From positions 1 through 36,412 of the forward strand of contig CACZTE010000270.1 in assembly GCA_902784045.1 (NCBI GenBank): a stretch of 36,412 nt of DNA, written 5' to 3'. The notes beneath the pieces were generated by a model that was not told the origin of the DNA, did not search any database, and worked only from the letters and a program-made list of their open reading frames with translations. Source of the stretch: an uncultured Eubacterium sp. GTDB lineage: Bacteria; Bacillota; Clostridia; Eubacteriales; Eubacteriaceae. Positions 34,966-36,412 of the stretch are shown here, one piece after another. The number at the start of each line of letters is the position of its first letter. Positions within the stretch are counted from its first letter, which is position 1. Both the position numbers and the translations under genes were made by a program.

Positions 34966-35562
34966 ATGATTATTGGATTAACCGGAGGAATTGGCTCGGG
35001 AAAAAGCGAAGTGTCCAACATTTTAAAAGAACAATTTAAAATTCCCATCGTTGACGCTGACGCTATTTCCGAGGATATTGTAAAGCCTGGGAGAAAGGGA
35101 CTTCAAGCCGTTTTCCAATCTTTTGGGAAAGAGGTTATAACGCCTGATGGTGAATTGGATCGAGAAATTTTGCGCCAAAAGATATCCCGGAATGATGATG
35201 ACATGCGATTACTTAACAGTATTTTACATCCATTAATTGAAAGCGAAGTAAAAGAGCAGATTGAGCATTATACTCGTTTAGGGGAAAAATATATTGTATA
35301 TGATTGTCCGCTTCTGTTTGAGGCGCATCAAGAAAAATTTGTGGACTTAACGATTGTTGTCGTATGTGACGATGATGAGAGAATCAATCGAGTCATGAAA
35401 CGCGACAGTTGCACCAAAGAGGACGCGCGCAAAATGATTGCCATTCAAATGCCTCAAAACCAAATGGTTTCAAAAGCGGATGTCGTCATCGACAATAACG
35501 GCACATTAGAGGATTTAAACCAGGCAGTGGCCTTTGTGATGACTAAAATCGATCATCTTTAA
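34966..35562 (+). CDS. coaE: Dephospho-CoA kinase
   Basis: 198 aa. IGLTGGIGSGKSEV P-loop, DADAIS, and the conventional position downstream of polA. Confidence 0.93.
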   Translation: MIIGLTGGIGSGKSEVSNILKEQFKIPIVDADAISEDIVKPGRKGLQAVFQSFGKEVITPDGELDREILRQKISRNDDDMRLLNSILHPLIESEVKEQIEHYTRLGEKYIVYDCPLLFEAHQEKFVDLTIVVVCDDDERINRVMKRDSCTKEDARKMIAIQMPQNQMVSKADVVIDNNGTLEDLNQAVAFVMTKIDHL

Positions 35563-35774
35563 ATATTGATGATTGGAAATTTAAAAAAACCCGTCAAAAA
35601 CGGAACTAAGATCGGGAAATATGTCGGGGATGAAATAATGAAAATCTAAATTCATTGACATTTCATTCCCGGTATTGCCGGTACATCGTTTGTTATCAAA
35701 AAAGAGGTTTAAAAAAGCGATTTTCGGTGCGTAAAGCACCCATTTTAATAAAATTAATTTTTTTTCAAAAAAAG

Positions 35775-35803
35775 CTTGTGTTTTATAAAATGTTTGCTAT
35801 AAT
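35775..35803 (+). promoter_or_regulatory. Candidate sigma-A promoter for the tRNA-Leu/tRNA-Gly unit
   Basis: CTTGTG/TTGTGT at 35775-35781 and the extended -10 TGcTATAAT (35795-35803), about 35 nt upstream of tRNA-Leu. Confidence 0.55.
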
Positions 35804-35838
35804 AGTCTACGTTGCATCACAAAGCAACATCAAGTGAT

Positions 35839-35928
35839 GCGAGGATGGTGAAATTGGCAGACACGCAGGTTTGAGGGACCTGTTGCTAACATACAGCAGT
35901 GAGGGTTCGAATCCCTTTCCTCGCACCA
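35839..35928 (+). tRNA. tRNA-Leu (anticodon GAG), long variable arm, CCA encoded
   Basis: Manual fold: acceptor GCGAGGA/TCCTCGC, anticodon stem CAGGT/ACCTG, loop TTGAGGG, long variable arm, T arm GAGGG-TTCGAAT-CCCTT. 90 nt. Confidence 0.92.
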
Positions 35929-35949
35929 TTTTATAGCTATCTTTAATAT

Positions 35950-36024
35950 GCGGAAGTGGCTCAGTGGTAGAGCATCGCCTTGCCAAGGCGAGGGTCGCGA
36001 GTTCAAATCTCGTCTTCCGCTCCA
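35950..36024 (+). tRNA. tRNA-Gly (anticodon GCC), CCA encoded
   Basis: Manual fold: acceptor GCGGAAG/CTTCCGC, anticodon stem TCGCC/GGCGA, loop TTGCCAA, T arm GCGAG-TTCAAAT-CTCGT. 75 nt. Confidence 0.93.
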
Positions 36025-36033
36025 TTTGCTCAC

Positions 36034-36058
36034 AAACCGACATCTGTCGGTTTTTTTA
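36034..36058 (+). terminator. Intrinsic terminator after the tRNA pair
   Basis: AAACCGAC / GTCGGTTT stem, then a T-run. Confidence 0.8.
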
Positions 36059-36215
36059 TTATCCCTAAAAAACTGATTTAAGCATTAGGGATTGAGTCGC
36101 AGGATTCGTTTCTTGTGCTATAATGCGGATGGATTTTCTTGTTGGAAAAATTCTTAATATAAAGGCTATCTTTGGTTTATGCATAATTGAAATCTTTTTG
36201 TATGAAAGGATAAGA

Positions 36216-36412
36216 ATGAAAGTATTAATGATTGATACGTCGGCGCAGGCAGCCAAGATTGCCATCGCCGAACCTCATCGCCTCGTTGCCCAGGTGTTTT
36301 CTGACAGTTCATTTAAACATGGCGTTAATCTTATGCCTTTGATTGATCATTTATTAGCGGATTCAGGTATTTCAATCGGGGATATCGACGCCTATGGCAT
36401 TGTGAACGGACC
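36216..36412 (+). CDS. tsaB: tRNA N6-threonylcarbamoyladenosine biosynthesis protein TsaB (5' part; runs off the window)
   Basis: My own translation gives MKVLMIDTSAQAAKIAIAEPHRLVAQVFSDSSFKHGVNLMPLIDHLLADSGISIGDIDAYGIVNG. This matches the TsaB/YeaZ N-terminus (iDTS....vAl ... H...l.p.id..l...g....did...v..GP). AAAGGA RBS. It is not in the ORF track because it has no stop in the window. Confidence 0.8.
   Translation, partial: MKVLMIDTSAQAAKIAIAEPHRLVAQVFSDSSFKHGVNLMPLIDHLLADSGISIGDIDAYGIVNG

Noticed and set aside
35655-35837. 60-aa ORF between coaE and tRNA-Leu, and the 66-aa ORF 36065..36265(-).
   Set aside because: Neither has an RBS. The first spans the tRNA promoter and the hairpin region, and the second overlaps the tsaB start and RBS. 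Their composition is typical of AT-rich intergenic read-through.

Overview
This 36.4-kb window looks like a chromosomal segment from a Gram-positive, Clostridia-like (Firmicutes) genome. The supporting traits are DegV, MutS2 and RlmH genes, TGnTATAAT promoters, CCA-encoded tRNAs and AGGAGG-type ribosome-binding sites. It is almost entirely housekeeping. I saw no transposase, integrase, phage genes, CRISPR array or recognisable multi-gene defence system. Gene order, plus strand: an N6-adenine DNA methyltransferase, rarA, an M16 peptidase, two tandem S11 DD-carboxypeptidase paralogs, a long U32-family protein and mutS2; these are tightly packed, overlapping and G+C-rich. Next come a fur-family regulator, ppiB, argF and a phosphohexomutase. 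A minus-strand block follows: degV, proA, rlmH, a small membrane protein and a YjbQ-like protein. The plus strand then carries tRNA-Pro, gshA, an acyl-ACP thioesterase, an IDH/IPMDH-family dehydrogenase, a diaminobutyrate-type aminotransferase, the uncharacterised radical-SAM TIGR03960/TIGR03936 (DUF2344) pair, galE, polA, coaE, tRNA-Leu, tRNA-Gly and the 5' end of tsaB. Four things most deserve follow-up. (1) A promoter-to-terminator unit of about 410 nt with no credible ORF sits in the 835-bp gap between the DUF2344 gene and galE; it is a candidate unclassified stable RNA next to the function-unknown radical-SAM pair. (2) A head-to-tail duplication of about 1.33 kb fused the first ~21 codons of the U32 gene onto a DD-carboxypeptidase body. 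The resulting intact paralog has no signal peptide, no membrane anchor and an SxN to SxC change. (3) A methyltransferase with no visible partner carries an insert of about 150 aa that contains two adjacent perfect hairpins. (4) Base composition drops markedly from the first 14 kb to the rest of the window. All calls rest on reading the sequence and on remembered family motifs; no searches were run.
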